64,000 nucleotides of DNA from Candidatus Thermofontivivens primus (GTDB lineage: Bacteria > Sysuimicrobiota > Sysuimicrobiia > Sysuimicrobiales > Thermofontiviventaceae). The position numbers and the translations under genes are program-made. The DNA is taken from positions 51,311-115,310 of the forward strand of contig JAVKJW010000005.1 of the NCBI GenBank assembly GCA_031458695.1. The letters run 5' to 3'. The notes beneath the pieces were generated by a model that saw only the letters and a list, made by a program, of their open reading frames with translations, was not told the origin of the DNA and searched no databases. Positions 1 through 7,799 of this stretch are shown in pieces. Positions within the stretch are counted from its first letter, which is position 1. Each line of letters opens with the position of its first letter.

Positions 1-1378
1 CATGCCTGGATTTGGGACTGTGGTCACAGGGACGCTCTGGAGCGGGCGGATCCGGCCGGGAGACGTTCTGGAACTGCTTCCGTCAGGGAAAGAGGTGCGT
101 GTTCGAGGCATCCAGAGTTATGGGCAGTGGGTGGAGGAGGGAATCGCCGGGACCCGTGTTGCCCTGAACCTCGCGGGAATCTCCAGGGAGGAGGTCCAAC
201 GAGGGGACGTCCTTGTCACCCCTCAAGCCTTTACCCCTGCGACGCTCCTCGACGTGCGCGTCGAGCTTCTTCCTCAAGCACCGCCCGTTGCCCATATGAC
301 CCGCCTGCGCTTCTACCTGGGGACAGCAGAGGCGTTTGGTCGGCTTGCCCTTCTGGACCGGGAGGTCCTTGGTCCCGGGGAGAGCGCTGTTGGCCAGGTC
401 CGGCTGGAAACCCCTGTTGTGGCAGCACGCGGGGATCCATTTGTCCTTCGACGCTACTCCCCCCTCCAGACCATCGGTGGGGGAAAGGTAATCTCCTCCG
501 CTCTCGCGAAGCGCAGGCGAGGGGATTCCTGCGCTCTGGCAGAAATCCTCGCCCTGGAACGAATGGGTGAAGATGAGCTTGCCGAGAGGTTCACCTGGGA
601 AGCAGGGTATAGGGGGATCACAATGGAAGAACTCTCCCAGCGCCTAGGACTCGCCCTGCCCACGGTCTACGAACTCATCCAGAAAATGTCCAGCGCGGGG
701 TCAGCGATCCTCCTTGGGAGCAGGATCTTCCATTCGAAGGTTTTGGAAGACCTCAAGGAGGCGATCCTCTCGGCGCTCGCCAGCTACCACAGCGAGGCTG
801 CATGGCGAGTGGGGATGCCCCGGGAAGAACTCAAGAAAAGGGTGTTTCGGGGTGGGGATGACCGCCTCTTTTCCCATGCGTTGGAGGACCTCCAACGGGA
901 AGATCCCCTGGGAGGGCTCTCTGGGGAACCCTCCCAGGGAAAGGTGGCACTTAAAGGTTCGTTGGTCCGCCTCGAGGGTCATCGCCCGGTGAGAACAGAA
1001 GTGGAGGAGAGGTGCCTCCAGCACCTTCTCCGCATCTACGCCGAAGGTCGCTTCACGCCTCCTTCCAAGGAGGAGGCCTTTGCGCTCCTCCCAGAAGATC
1101 GGGCCGTCCTAGAACGCATGTACCAAGCTGCCTTGGACGAGGGCCTCCTTGTCGAAGTCAGACCTGGCATGGCATTCTCCCACCAAGCCCTGGAGGAGAT
1201 GAAGATCATCGTCCTCCGGCATATCCAGGAGCATGGAGGGATCACCGTAGGAAACCTCCGTGATCTCCTTGCAACCAGCCGGAGGTATGCCCTCGCCGTT
1301 CTGGAACATTTCGATGCCTTAGGCCTCACGAGGCGCGTAGGAGATCGGCGGATTGCTGCCCACCGTTGGTTGGAGTAA
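1..1378 (+). CDS. selB: Selenocysteine-specific elongation factor SelB (5'-truncated by window edge)
   Basis: GFGTVVTGT (EF-Tu domain II), GDPFVLRRYSPLQTIGGG (domain III), C-terminal winged helix LRDLLATSRRYALAVLEHFD...TRRVGDRR; tRNA-Sec nearby. Confidence 0.96.
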   Translation, partial: MPGFGTVVTGTLWSGRIRPGDVLELLPSGKEVRVRGIQSYGQWVEEGIAGTRVALNLAGISREEVQRGDVLVTPQAFTPATLLDVRVELLPQAPPVAHMTRLRFYLGTAEAFGRLALLDREVLGPGESAVGQVRLETPVVAARGDPFVLRRYSPLQTIGGGKVISSALAKRRRGDSCALAEILALERMGEDELAERFTWEAGYRGITMEELSQRLGLALPTVYELIQKMSSAGSAILLGSRIFHSKVLEDLKEAILSALASYHSEAAWRVGMPREELKKRVFRGGDDRLFSHALEDLQREDPLGGLSGEPSQGKVALKGSLVRLEGHRPVRTEVEERCLQHLLRIYAEGRFTPPSKEEAFALLPEDRAVLERMYQAALDEGLLVEVRPGMAFSHQALEEMKIIVLRHIQEHGGITVGNLRDLLATSRRYALAVLEHFDALGLTRRVGDRRIAAHRWLE

Positions 1379-1400
1379 ATTCCGCTGGTTTTTCCAGAAG

Positions 1401-1430
1401 CCCAGCAAAACTCGATCAAGATTTTGCTGG
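1401..1430. repeat. Hairpin of the dispersed repeat family; probable bidirectional terminator between convergent genes
   Basis: CCAGCAAAA...TTTTGCTGG inverted repeat, same core as 32710-32744 and 46084-46118. Confidence 0.7.
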
Positions 1431-1748
1431 CTACTCAGTGGGCTTTTCCTCTGGAGCCGCTTTCGGCCGTGCAACCCTCGGGCGTGCCCTGCGTACAGCA
1501 CGCCTGCGCACTGCTCTCCTCCCCCTCACAGCCCGTCGGCGTGCGACGCGTCGGACTGGTGCAAGCAAGGATCGACCTTTCGTTAAAGCGCCGTGGTAGC
1601 GCGTCGCATCTTGCGAAACTTGCTTCAAACGTTGAATGAGCGTTGCAAGTGCCTCTGCATTGTTCTCTAACCAGAACCTTCGGATGGACATCTCAATTGC
1701 CACAAGGGAGTTCTCAAGCTCTTTATCAACGACTTTTGCACGTGCCAT
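1431..1748 (-). CDS. Small basic protein with Arg/Ala/Val-rich C-terminal tail
   Basis: 105-aa ORF with strong RBS (AGGAGGTGA) upstream of ATG; tail VRRVARRRAVRGRRAVRRRAVRRARPRVARPK. Confidence 0.8.
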   Translation of the reverse strand: MARAKVVDKELENSLVAIEMSIRRFWLENNAEALATLIQRLKQVSQDATRYHGALTKGRSLLAPVRRVARRRAVRGRRAVRRRAVRRARPRVARPKAAPEEKPTE

Positions 1749-2022
1749 ACTCTGTCACCTCCTGTGATTTTCTTTCTCCAAAACGCTCCCCCTTTCCTCG
1801 TGCTTCTCCAAAAAACAGATTAACACCGAATACTGCTTCCTACAATCCAAGCGGATCATCGTCCATCAAAGAGTTGGTAAATGTCCGGGCATATATTTTG
1901 ATAAATTTGCCGTGTTGCGTCGATCATGGAAAGGAACGGATGGTTTTGTGAGTATCAAGAAGGGGTCAAACGTCATGAAGAAGAATGACACTCACAAGAG
2001 TTGCTGAGCGGAGGGAGGGACG

Positions 2023-3660
2023 ATGCCCTATCGGATGGGCGCACACAGCTTGGCGAAGGCTTTCAGGAGAGAGGGAGTGGATTGTATCTTTACCCTCTGT
2101 GGAGGACACATCATGCCGATCTACGAGGCGTGCCTGGACGAGGGGATCCGTATCATCGACGTGCGCCATGAACAAGCTGCTGCGTTCGCGGCAGATGCCT
2201 GGGGGCGGATGAAGCGTCGGCCTGGCGTTGCGGTGGTCACTGCAGGGCCTGGGATCACGAATACCGTCACAGCCGTTGCCAACGCATTCAAGGCAGGAAC
2301 GCCGCTGGTCGTGATCGGCGGACAGGCCCCTCTCCTCCGTCTAGGGAAGGGAGATCTCCAAGAACTCGATGCGTTGAGCATCCTGCGACCAATCACCTGT
2401 TGGGCCGCTCGCGCATGGACCGCTAACCGCCTTGCGGAGATGACCCACACCGCCTTTCACGAGGCAATGTCCAGGCGCGGGCCGGTTTTCCTGGAGGTCC
2501 CCATGGATGTCCTCCTCGAACCCGCCGGCGAGGAATCCCCCCAAATGCGACCAGGCCCCATGCAGCTCCATGGAGAGCCCTCCAAGGTGAAGGAGGCTGC
2601 CCAGCTCTTAGCGACCGCGGAGCGGCCTGTCCTCATGGGAGGGAGTGACCTCTGGTGGTCGGGAGCGGAGGAAAGCCTTATGCGCTTTCTCGAGGTCCTT
2701 CCCTTGCCTGTCTACCTTAACGCAATGGGGCGGGGGATGCTTCCACCCGACCATCCCTGCTTCTTTGCCCTTTCCAGAGGGTGGGCACTGCGGGAAGCCG
2801 ATGTCGTCCTTCTCATCGGGACCCCCATGGACTTCCGGTTAAATTTCGGGCGGGCCTTTGGAGAGAAAGCGAAAATCGTCCAGGTGGATCGAAATCCTGG
2901 GAACATTGGACAGAATCGGGAGGTTACCATTGGAATCTGGTCGGACGCACGCCCTTTCCTGGAGCTTGTAGCAGAGGAGATCGCTGCGATCCCCCACCGT
3001 CGGAGCTCCCGCTCCTGGGTAGAGGCTGTCCGGCAGATCGAGCAACAACGACGGCAGGAACGGATCCCTCTCGAGGAATCCGAAGCAATCCCCATTCATC
3101 CACTTCGCCTGGCCAGGGAGCTTGCAGATGTTTGTAGTGAAAACACGATCTTTGTCGGGGATGGCGGAGATGTGGTGTCGATCGCGGCGACGATCATTCA
3201 CCCGTACCGGCCAGGGCATTGGCTTGATCCGGGGCCGATGGGCACCCTTGGGATGGGCGTTCCTTTTGCTCTCGCGAGTAAGCTGGCCTATCCGGAGAAA
3301 GAAGTGATTGCGCTCTTTGGCGATGGGGCTATCGGGTTCTCCATCATGGAGTACGATACCGCCGTGCGCCATGGAATTCCCTTCATTGGGATTGTCGGCA
3401 ACAACGGGCAGTGGGCGCAGATCCGGTATGGCCAGGTTAGCATGTTCGGGGAAGAGCGTGCCGTCGCTACGAAGCTGCGAGTGGCGCGATATGAGCAGGT
3501 CGTGGAGGCATTGGGGGGCTATGGGGAGTACATTGAAGATCCGCGGGAGATCCGGCCTGCCCTCGAGCGCGCACGAGCATCGGGAAAGCCGGCGCTCCTC
3601 AACGTCCGGCTGGATGAGACGTACTACAGTGACGCGACAAAACGCCTCTATAAGCTCTGA
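2023..3660 (+). CDS. Thiamine-diphosphate-dependent enzyme (acetolactate synthase-like / 2-hydroxyacyl-CoA lyase-like)
   Basis: FTLCGGHI, DVRHEQAAAFAADAW, TAGPG and the TPP-binding GDGA...NN motif; RBS GGAGGGAGG. Confidence 0.9.
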   Translation: MPYRMGAHSLAKAFRREGVDCIFTLCGGHIMPIYEACLDEGIRIIDVRHEQAAAFAADAWGRMKRRPGVAVVTAGPGITNTVTAVANAFKAGTPLVVIGGQAPLLRLGKGDLQELDALSILRPITCWAARAWTANRLAEMTHTAFHEAMSRRGPVFLEVPMDVLLEPAGEESPQMRPGPMQLHGEPSKVKEAAQLLATAERPVLMGGSDLWWSGAEESLMRFLEVLPLPVYLNAMGRGMLPPDHPCFFALSRGWALREADVVLLIGTPMDFRLNFGRAFGEKAKIVQVDRNPGNIGQNREVTIGIWSDARPFLELVAEEIAAIPHRRSSRSWVEAVRQIEQQRRQERIPLEESEAIPIHPLRLARELADVCSENTIFVGDGGDVVSIAATIIHPYRPGHWLDPGPMGTLGMGVPFALASKLAYPEKEVIALFGDGAIGFSIMEYDTAVRHGIPFIGIVGNNGQWAQIRYGQVSMFGEERAVATKLRVARYEQVVEALGGYGEYIEDPREIRPALERARASGKPALLNVRLDETYYSDATKRLYKL

Positions 3661-3688
3661 GAAATGTGATCCCAATCGAAGGATCGCC

Positions 3689-3783
3689 GGAGGGGGATGG
3701 GGCCTGGTGGTCCTCCTGGTCTTCAAAACCAGTGACGAGCCTGGATGGCCCGTGGTGGGTTCGATTCCCACACCCCTCCGCCA
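3689..3783 (+). tRNA. selC: tRNA-Sec (anticodon UCA)
   Basis: 6-bp D-stem GGGGCC/GGTCCT with TGGT loop, anticodon arm CTGGT-CTTCAAA-ACCAG, long variable arm, GTGGG-TTCGATT-CCCAC T arm, discriminator G plus CCA; 95 nt. Confidence 0.95.
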
Positions 3784-3832
3784 GAGGGTCTCTGCGCACC
3801 TTTGCTGAAAAATTTTGCTGAGGAGTGATCGC

Positions 3833-4309
3833 ATGGACGAGATGGCCATTCAAGACTTCTATCCTGACGAGCTGAACTATTGCTATGGGTGTGGCCAGCT
3901 CAACGCGGATGGCCTGAAGCTAAGGAGTTTCTGGATAGGGGAGGAGGCGGTCGCCCAATTCACGCCTCGTTCCTACCACACCGCCATCCCTGGCTACGTC
4001 TACGGGGGGCTCATTGCTTCCTTGATCGATTGCCACAGTACAGCGACCGCTGCCGCGGCGAGCTACCAAGCAGAAGGACGGGAGATGGGGACGGAGCCAC
4101 CATTTCGATTCGTCACAGCATCGCTCCACGTGGACTATCTCCGCCCTGTTCCCATGGGTGTAGTGCTGGAGATCCGGGGACGGGTGAAAGAACTCAAGGG
4201 ACGGAAGGCTGTTGTACAATCCGAGGTGTTCGCCAATGACGAGGTTTGCGCCCGCGGGGAAGTGGTTGTAGTGCAGCTCCCCGAGCACATGGTCCCGAAG
4301 AAATCTTAA
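3833..4309 (+). CDS. PaaI/hotdog-fold thioesterase
   Basis: CYGCG..N..GL, PGYVYGGLIASLIDCHS, VTASLHVDYLRPVP; RBS GAGGAG. Confidence 0.88.
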   Translation: MDEMAIQDFYPDELNYCYGCGQLNADGLKLRSFWIGEEAVAQFTPRSYHTAIPGYVYGGLIASLIDCHSTATAAAASYQAEGREMGTEPPFRFVTASLHVDYLRPVPMGVVLEIRGRVKELKGRKAVVQSEVFANDEVCARGEVVVVQLPEHMVPKKS

Positions 4310-4314
4310 CCTGC

Positions 4315-4368
4315 AGTACCCCGAAAAACCTCTTTTGGCTTTGGCCAGCCTCTTCTTCCACAGGGTCC
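4315..4368 (-). repeat. Degenerate right half of the dispersed repeat element
   Basis: Reverse complement ends AAAAGAGGTTTTTCGGGGTACT, compare AAAGACTTTTGTCGGGGTACT ending at 32800. Confidence 0.5.
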
Positions 4369-4423
4369 TGATCAAGATACCCGCATTCGTGGGAACAGGA
4401 AGCAGGAAGCGCTTCGCATCGCC

Positions 4424-5149
4424 CTACTGCGCTTTTCGTTCCTTGAGCAAGCGAAGTAGGGGAATTTCCTTGAGCAGCTTCTCGCTGATGTATTGCCAGA
4501 GGATGCCAGGAGGGCGTGGTCTGGAGGTCCGGGTTTCAATGACCTGGGTAGGAGTCACGATCCAATCGACGGGCACATCGTAGGGATCAAGGTCGATCTC
4601 TTCCACTACTTGGACATCGTGTACCGTCGTCACGATGGGCGTCCGCTCGTCGACAAGACCAAGCTCGCATAGGATGGCAAATTCTAGCTCGCTGTAGCCT
4701 TCCCCTTTGCCAATCCGCGCCCCATCGGGCGTCACAGCCACCGAGCCGACCACGATGAGGTACGGCCGAGGGAGGTTGTCAAGTCCTGCCTCCTTTCCGT
4801 AGTGGAATGCACCTTTGATCGTTGCAGCTTCCTCGAGCCTGGGCTGGGGGATCTCCCGGGGATCCAGGATCAGGAACCCAGACCGTAGACGGGGTGCTGG
4901 CATGAGCACTTCCTTCCCTGCTCGCAGGGCCAACCGACGTATCGGAAGTTGCGGGGCGTCTGGATTGACCTTCACGCGTGTGGCTTTTCGAAAGATGTCA
5001 AGCTCTGCAAGGCGCCGTGCAGCTTCTTCTGCCCCAGCGAAGTTAGGAATGCGGCCATAGACAGGGCGAGGGAAACGGGCGATCCCCTCCCGCTCCATCC
5101 GGCTCCAGATACGCCTGCGGATGTCCTCCTTAGACGCCATCAGGAACAT
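4424..5149 (-). CDS. 5-formyltetrahydrofolate cyclo-ligase family protein (MTHFSD/archaeal type)
   Basis: GRIPNFAGAEEAA, KVNPDAPQ, RIGKGEGYSELE, TTVHDVQVV, DVPVDWIVTP; start trimmed to the ATG after a GGAGG RBS (5140 is an alternative). Confidence 0.88.
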   Translation of the reverse strand: MFLMASKEDIRRRIWSRMEREGIARFPRPVYGRIPNFAGAEEAARRLAELDIFRKATRVKVNPDAPQLPIRRLALRAGKEVLMPAPRLRSGFLILDPREIPQPRLEEAATIKGAFHYGKEAGLDNLPRPYLIVVGSVAVTPDGARIGKGEGYSELEFAILCELGLVDERTPIVTTVHDVQVVEEIDLDPYDVPVDWIVTPTQVIETRTSRPRPPGILWQYISEKLLKEIPLLRLLKERKAQ

Positions 5150-5201
5150 GGTTCGGCCTCCACTCCTGCGTTCCTCCAGCGGGCTCTCTCCAGTTCCGCG
5201 T

Positions 5202-5438
5202 TTACCCATCCAGGAGCTCGAAGACGCTGGAAAAGACACTGGGCTTGTAGGGGTAGCCACAGAGCGTGCAGGTTCCAGTGGCATCCCGCAGGACCATACC
5301 GCAAGCAGGACAGTTGGTGAGGAGGGGAACGCCACAGACGGGACAGAAATCGGGGAACCCACGAGGGTCACTCGCACTCCATGTGAACGCGCACGCTGGA
5401 TCAGGACATACAGCAAAGAACTCGAGTGACCTCGCCAT
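5202..5438 (-). CDS. Double zinc-ribbon small protein
   Basis: 78 aa with four Cys pairs: CPDPAC, CPVC, CPAC, CTLC. Confidence 0.75.
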   Translation of the reverse strand: MARSLEFFAVCPDPACAFTWSASDPRGFPDFCPVCGVPLLTNCPACGMVLRDATGTCTLCGYPYKPSVFSSVFELLDG

Positions 5439-5639
5439 CTCTTACCCCATGACAAACTCCGAGTGGAAGGACCTCCTCCTTTGCATACAATCGGCCCTTG
5501 AACCACCGACTTGAACCTCCTGCGCATCACTCCATCCCCTTTCTCTATGGGGGATCCCCAGGGATTTTAACCAATATCCGTTCATGTCGTGTGGTGTTCG
5601 TCCGATCATTATGAGATGAGAACACCGGAGGATGGGGGA

Positions 5640-6122
5640 ATGGCAAGGTACAGGAGTCGCCTCCCAGTTAAGGAATTCCAAGTCATCCACCGGTTCTGCC
5701 TGCACAAACCGGGGAATGTCCGGCGATTCCTGGGCCTCTCCTCCCGGGAGGCGCACGAGCTCAGTGGCCTCGCTCTCGCCGGGGTCGTGAACACCTCGGA
5801 TGAGGTCATCTATATTGACCACTGCTTGAGTGAACCTGAGAAAGAATTCACAGAAATCCACGAGCTCGTGCACGCGCGGCGCCAGATAAACGGGGAGGAG
5901 CTCCAGGATTACGATCTTGAGGAGATCTACGTGGAGCTGGAGACGATCGCCCGCACCCGTAGGCCTACGTTGTTGAGCCTTTTCCCGAATACCCTCCTCA
6001 TTCTCCTCCACGACTACCTTACCGAAAGGGGCCGCCTGAAACCGGATCGGAAGCAAGATCTTGCCAAGATTTACAGGAAGATCGAGGCTCTCATTGCCCT
6101 CATGTGCCCTGGGCGTTCCTAA
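5640..6122 (+). CDS. Hypothetical protein with HExxH motif (possible zincin metallopeptidase)
   Basis: VIYID...EIHELVHAR...EE pattern; purine-rich RBS before ATG at 5640. Confidence 0.65.
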   Translation: MARYRSRLPVKEFQVIHRFCLHKPGNVRRFLGLSSREAHELSGLALAGVVNTSDEVIYIDHCLSEPEKEFTEIHELVHARRQINGEELQDYDLEEIYVELETIARTRRPTLLSLFPNTLLILLHDYLTERGRLKPDRKQDLAKIYRKIEALIALMCPGRS

Positions 6123-6245
6123 GGTGGGCCAAAGGATCTATAGGCTTCTTCCTTTCCCCTTTGTAAAACTAGTTTCCACCGGAGCCTTGCTGCCAAAAGA
6201 TTTGGCTGGGGTTCCATTGTTTGTTATGGTATAATTTGGGAAGCT

Positions 6246-7595
6246 ATGGAAAGGAAGTTCTGTATCATCACCTATGGCTGCCAGATGAATGTCCGGGACT
6301 CGGAGGCAATGGCCGGGATCCTCCTCCAGATGGGGTATAACCCCACGGAGGACCCCGAGGAAGCCGACGTGATCCTCCTCAACACCTGTACCGTGCGGGA
6401 AGGCGCTGAGGAACGAGCTTACGGACGGATCAACGAACTGCATGCTCTCAAGCGCCGCAAACCCCACCTCATCATTGGCATGGCTGGGTGCATCCCTCAG
6501 AAGGACCGGGAGCGTGTCTTCGCAAAAGCTCCTCACGTTGACCTCGTGTTCGGCGTCCACAACATCCATCGTCTCCCTGAGCTCCTCCGGCAGGCGAAGG
6601 AGGGATGCATGCCTGTGTACGAGGTCTACAGGAGGCCTCCAGAGGACCTCCCCCGTCTTCCTGCCCTGCGGAAGAACAAGATCAAGGCCTACGTGAATAT
6701 CATCCACGGGTGCAACAAGTGGTGCACCTTCTGTATCGTCCCCCTCACGCGCGGACCCGAACGAAGCATCCCTCCTGACCAGGTGCTCGCGGAGATCGAA
6801 GAGCTTGCCAGGGAGGGCTACAAAGAAGTTACCCTCCTTGGCCAAAATGTGGACTCCTATGGCCACGATCTACGGCCCAAGGTGGATCTCGCGGACCTGC
6901 TCACCATGGTCCACGACGTTGAGGGGATCCAGCGCATCCGGTTCACAACCTCTCATCCCCGGGACATGACGCTGAAGCTCATCAAGACGGTGGCTGCCCT
7001 GCCGAAGGTCTGTGAGCACATCCACCTCCCTATCCAAGCAGGGGATGACCTGGTTCTCTCCCGGATGCGTAGGGGGTACACCGTGGCGCAGTACAAGGAG
7101 ATCGTCGCCGCCATCCGGGAGCACATCCCTGGGGTCAGCATCACCACGGATGTGATTGTGGGGTTCCCTGGAGAGACAGAGGAACAATTCGAGAATACCC
7201 TCCAGCTTTTGGAGGAGATCCGGTTCGATGCCGTCAACAGTGCGATGTATTCCCCGCGCGAGTACACCCGGGCGGCCACCTTCCCGGACCAGATCGATGA
7301 GGAGACTAAGAAACGCCGGCTGTGGAGGCTGAACTCCCTCCAGGAACGCATCGCCCTTGAAATCAACCGTGAGCTCGTGGGAACGCGCCAGGAGGTTCTT
7401 CTGGAAGGCAAAGGGGAAAAGGGAGGCCTTGTTGGTCGGACTCGCACGAACAAAGTCGTTGTAGTAGAGGGAGATGGCTTCCATCTGGAAGATGGAGACA
7501 AGCTTGCGGGGCAGACAGTTGACGTCTTCATCACGGACGCAGGTTCCTGGGTCCTCCGCGGGCGCCTAGTCAAAGGATCCCTCGTTGCAGTATAA
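6246..7595 (+). CDS. miaB: tRNA (i6A37)-methylthiotransferase MiaB
   Basis: TYGCQMN, NTCTVRE, GCNKWCTFC, GQNVDSYG, FTTSHP, IVGFPGET, C-terminal TRAM domain. Confidence 0.96.
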   Translation: MERKFCIITYGCQMNVRDSEAMAGILLQMGYNPTEDPEEADVILLNTCTVREGAEERAYGRINELHALKRRKPHLIIGMAGCIPQKDRERVFAKAPHVDLVFGVHNIHRLPELLRQAKEGCMPVYEVYRRPPEDLPRLPALRKNKIKAYVNIIHGCNKWCTFCIVPLTRGPERSIPPDQVLAEIEELAREGYKEVTLLGQNVDSYGHDLRPKVDLADLLTMVHDVEGIQRIRFTTSHPRDMTLKLIKTVAALPKVCEHIHLPIQAGDDLVLSRMRRGYTVAQYKEIVAAIREHIPGVSITTDVIVGFPGETEEQFENTLQLLEEIRFDAVNSAMYSPREYTRAATFPDQIDEETKKRRLWRLNSLQERIALEINRELVGTRQEVLLEGKGEKGGLVGRTRTNKVVVVEGDGFHLEDGDKLAGQTVDVFITDAGSWVLRGRLVKGSLVAV

Positions 7596-7799
7596 GGATC
7601 CCACCGACCTCTTTTGGTAAGATTTCGCTGGGCTGCGTAGCGTTGCTCCCTTCTGGGAAGATTTCCGCACTTGCGCTTGCACATCTCTCTACTGGCCAAG
7701 CGGAGGATTTCGGAAGGAAACCACGAATTCTCATCCCAAGGCACCCACGGGAGAGGGCCTGAGCTCATTGCAGGAAGGGAGGCGGGAGGTCCGAGATCG

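Noticed and set aside
5144..5154. GAAC-ATG-GTTC as an SOS box
   Set aside because: The spacer is 3 nt rather than 4 and it overlaps a start codon.
5150..5530. N-terminal extension of the 368-aa ORF 4424..5530
   Set aside because: It overlaps the zinc-ribbon gene; family similarity and an RBS begin only near 5149.
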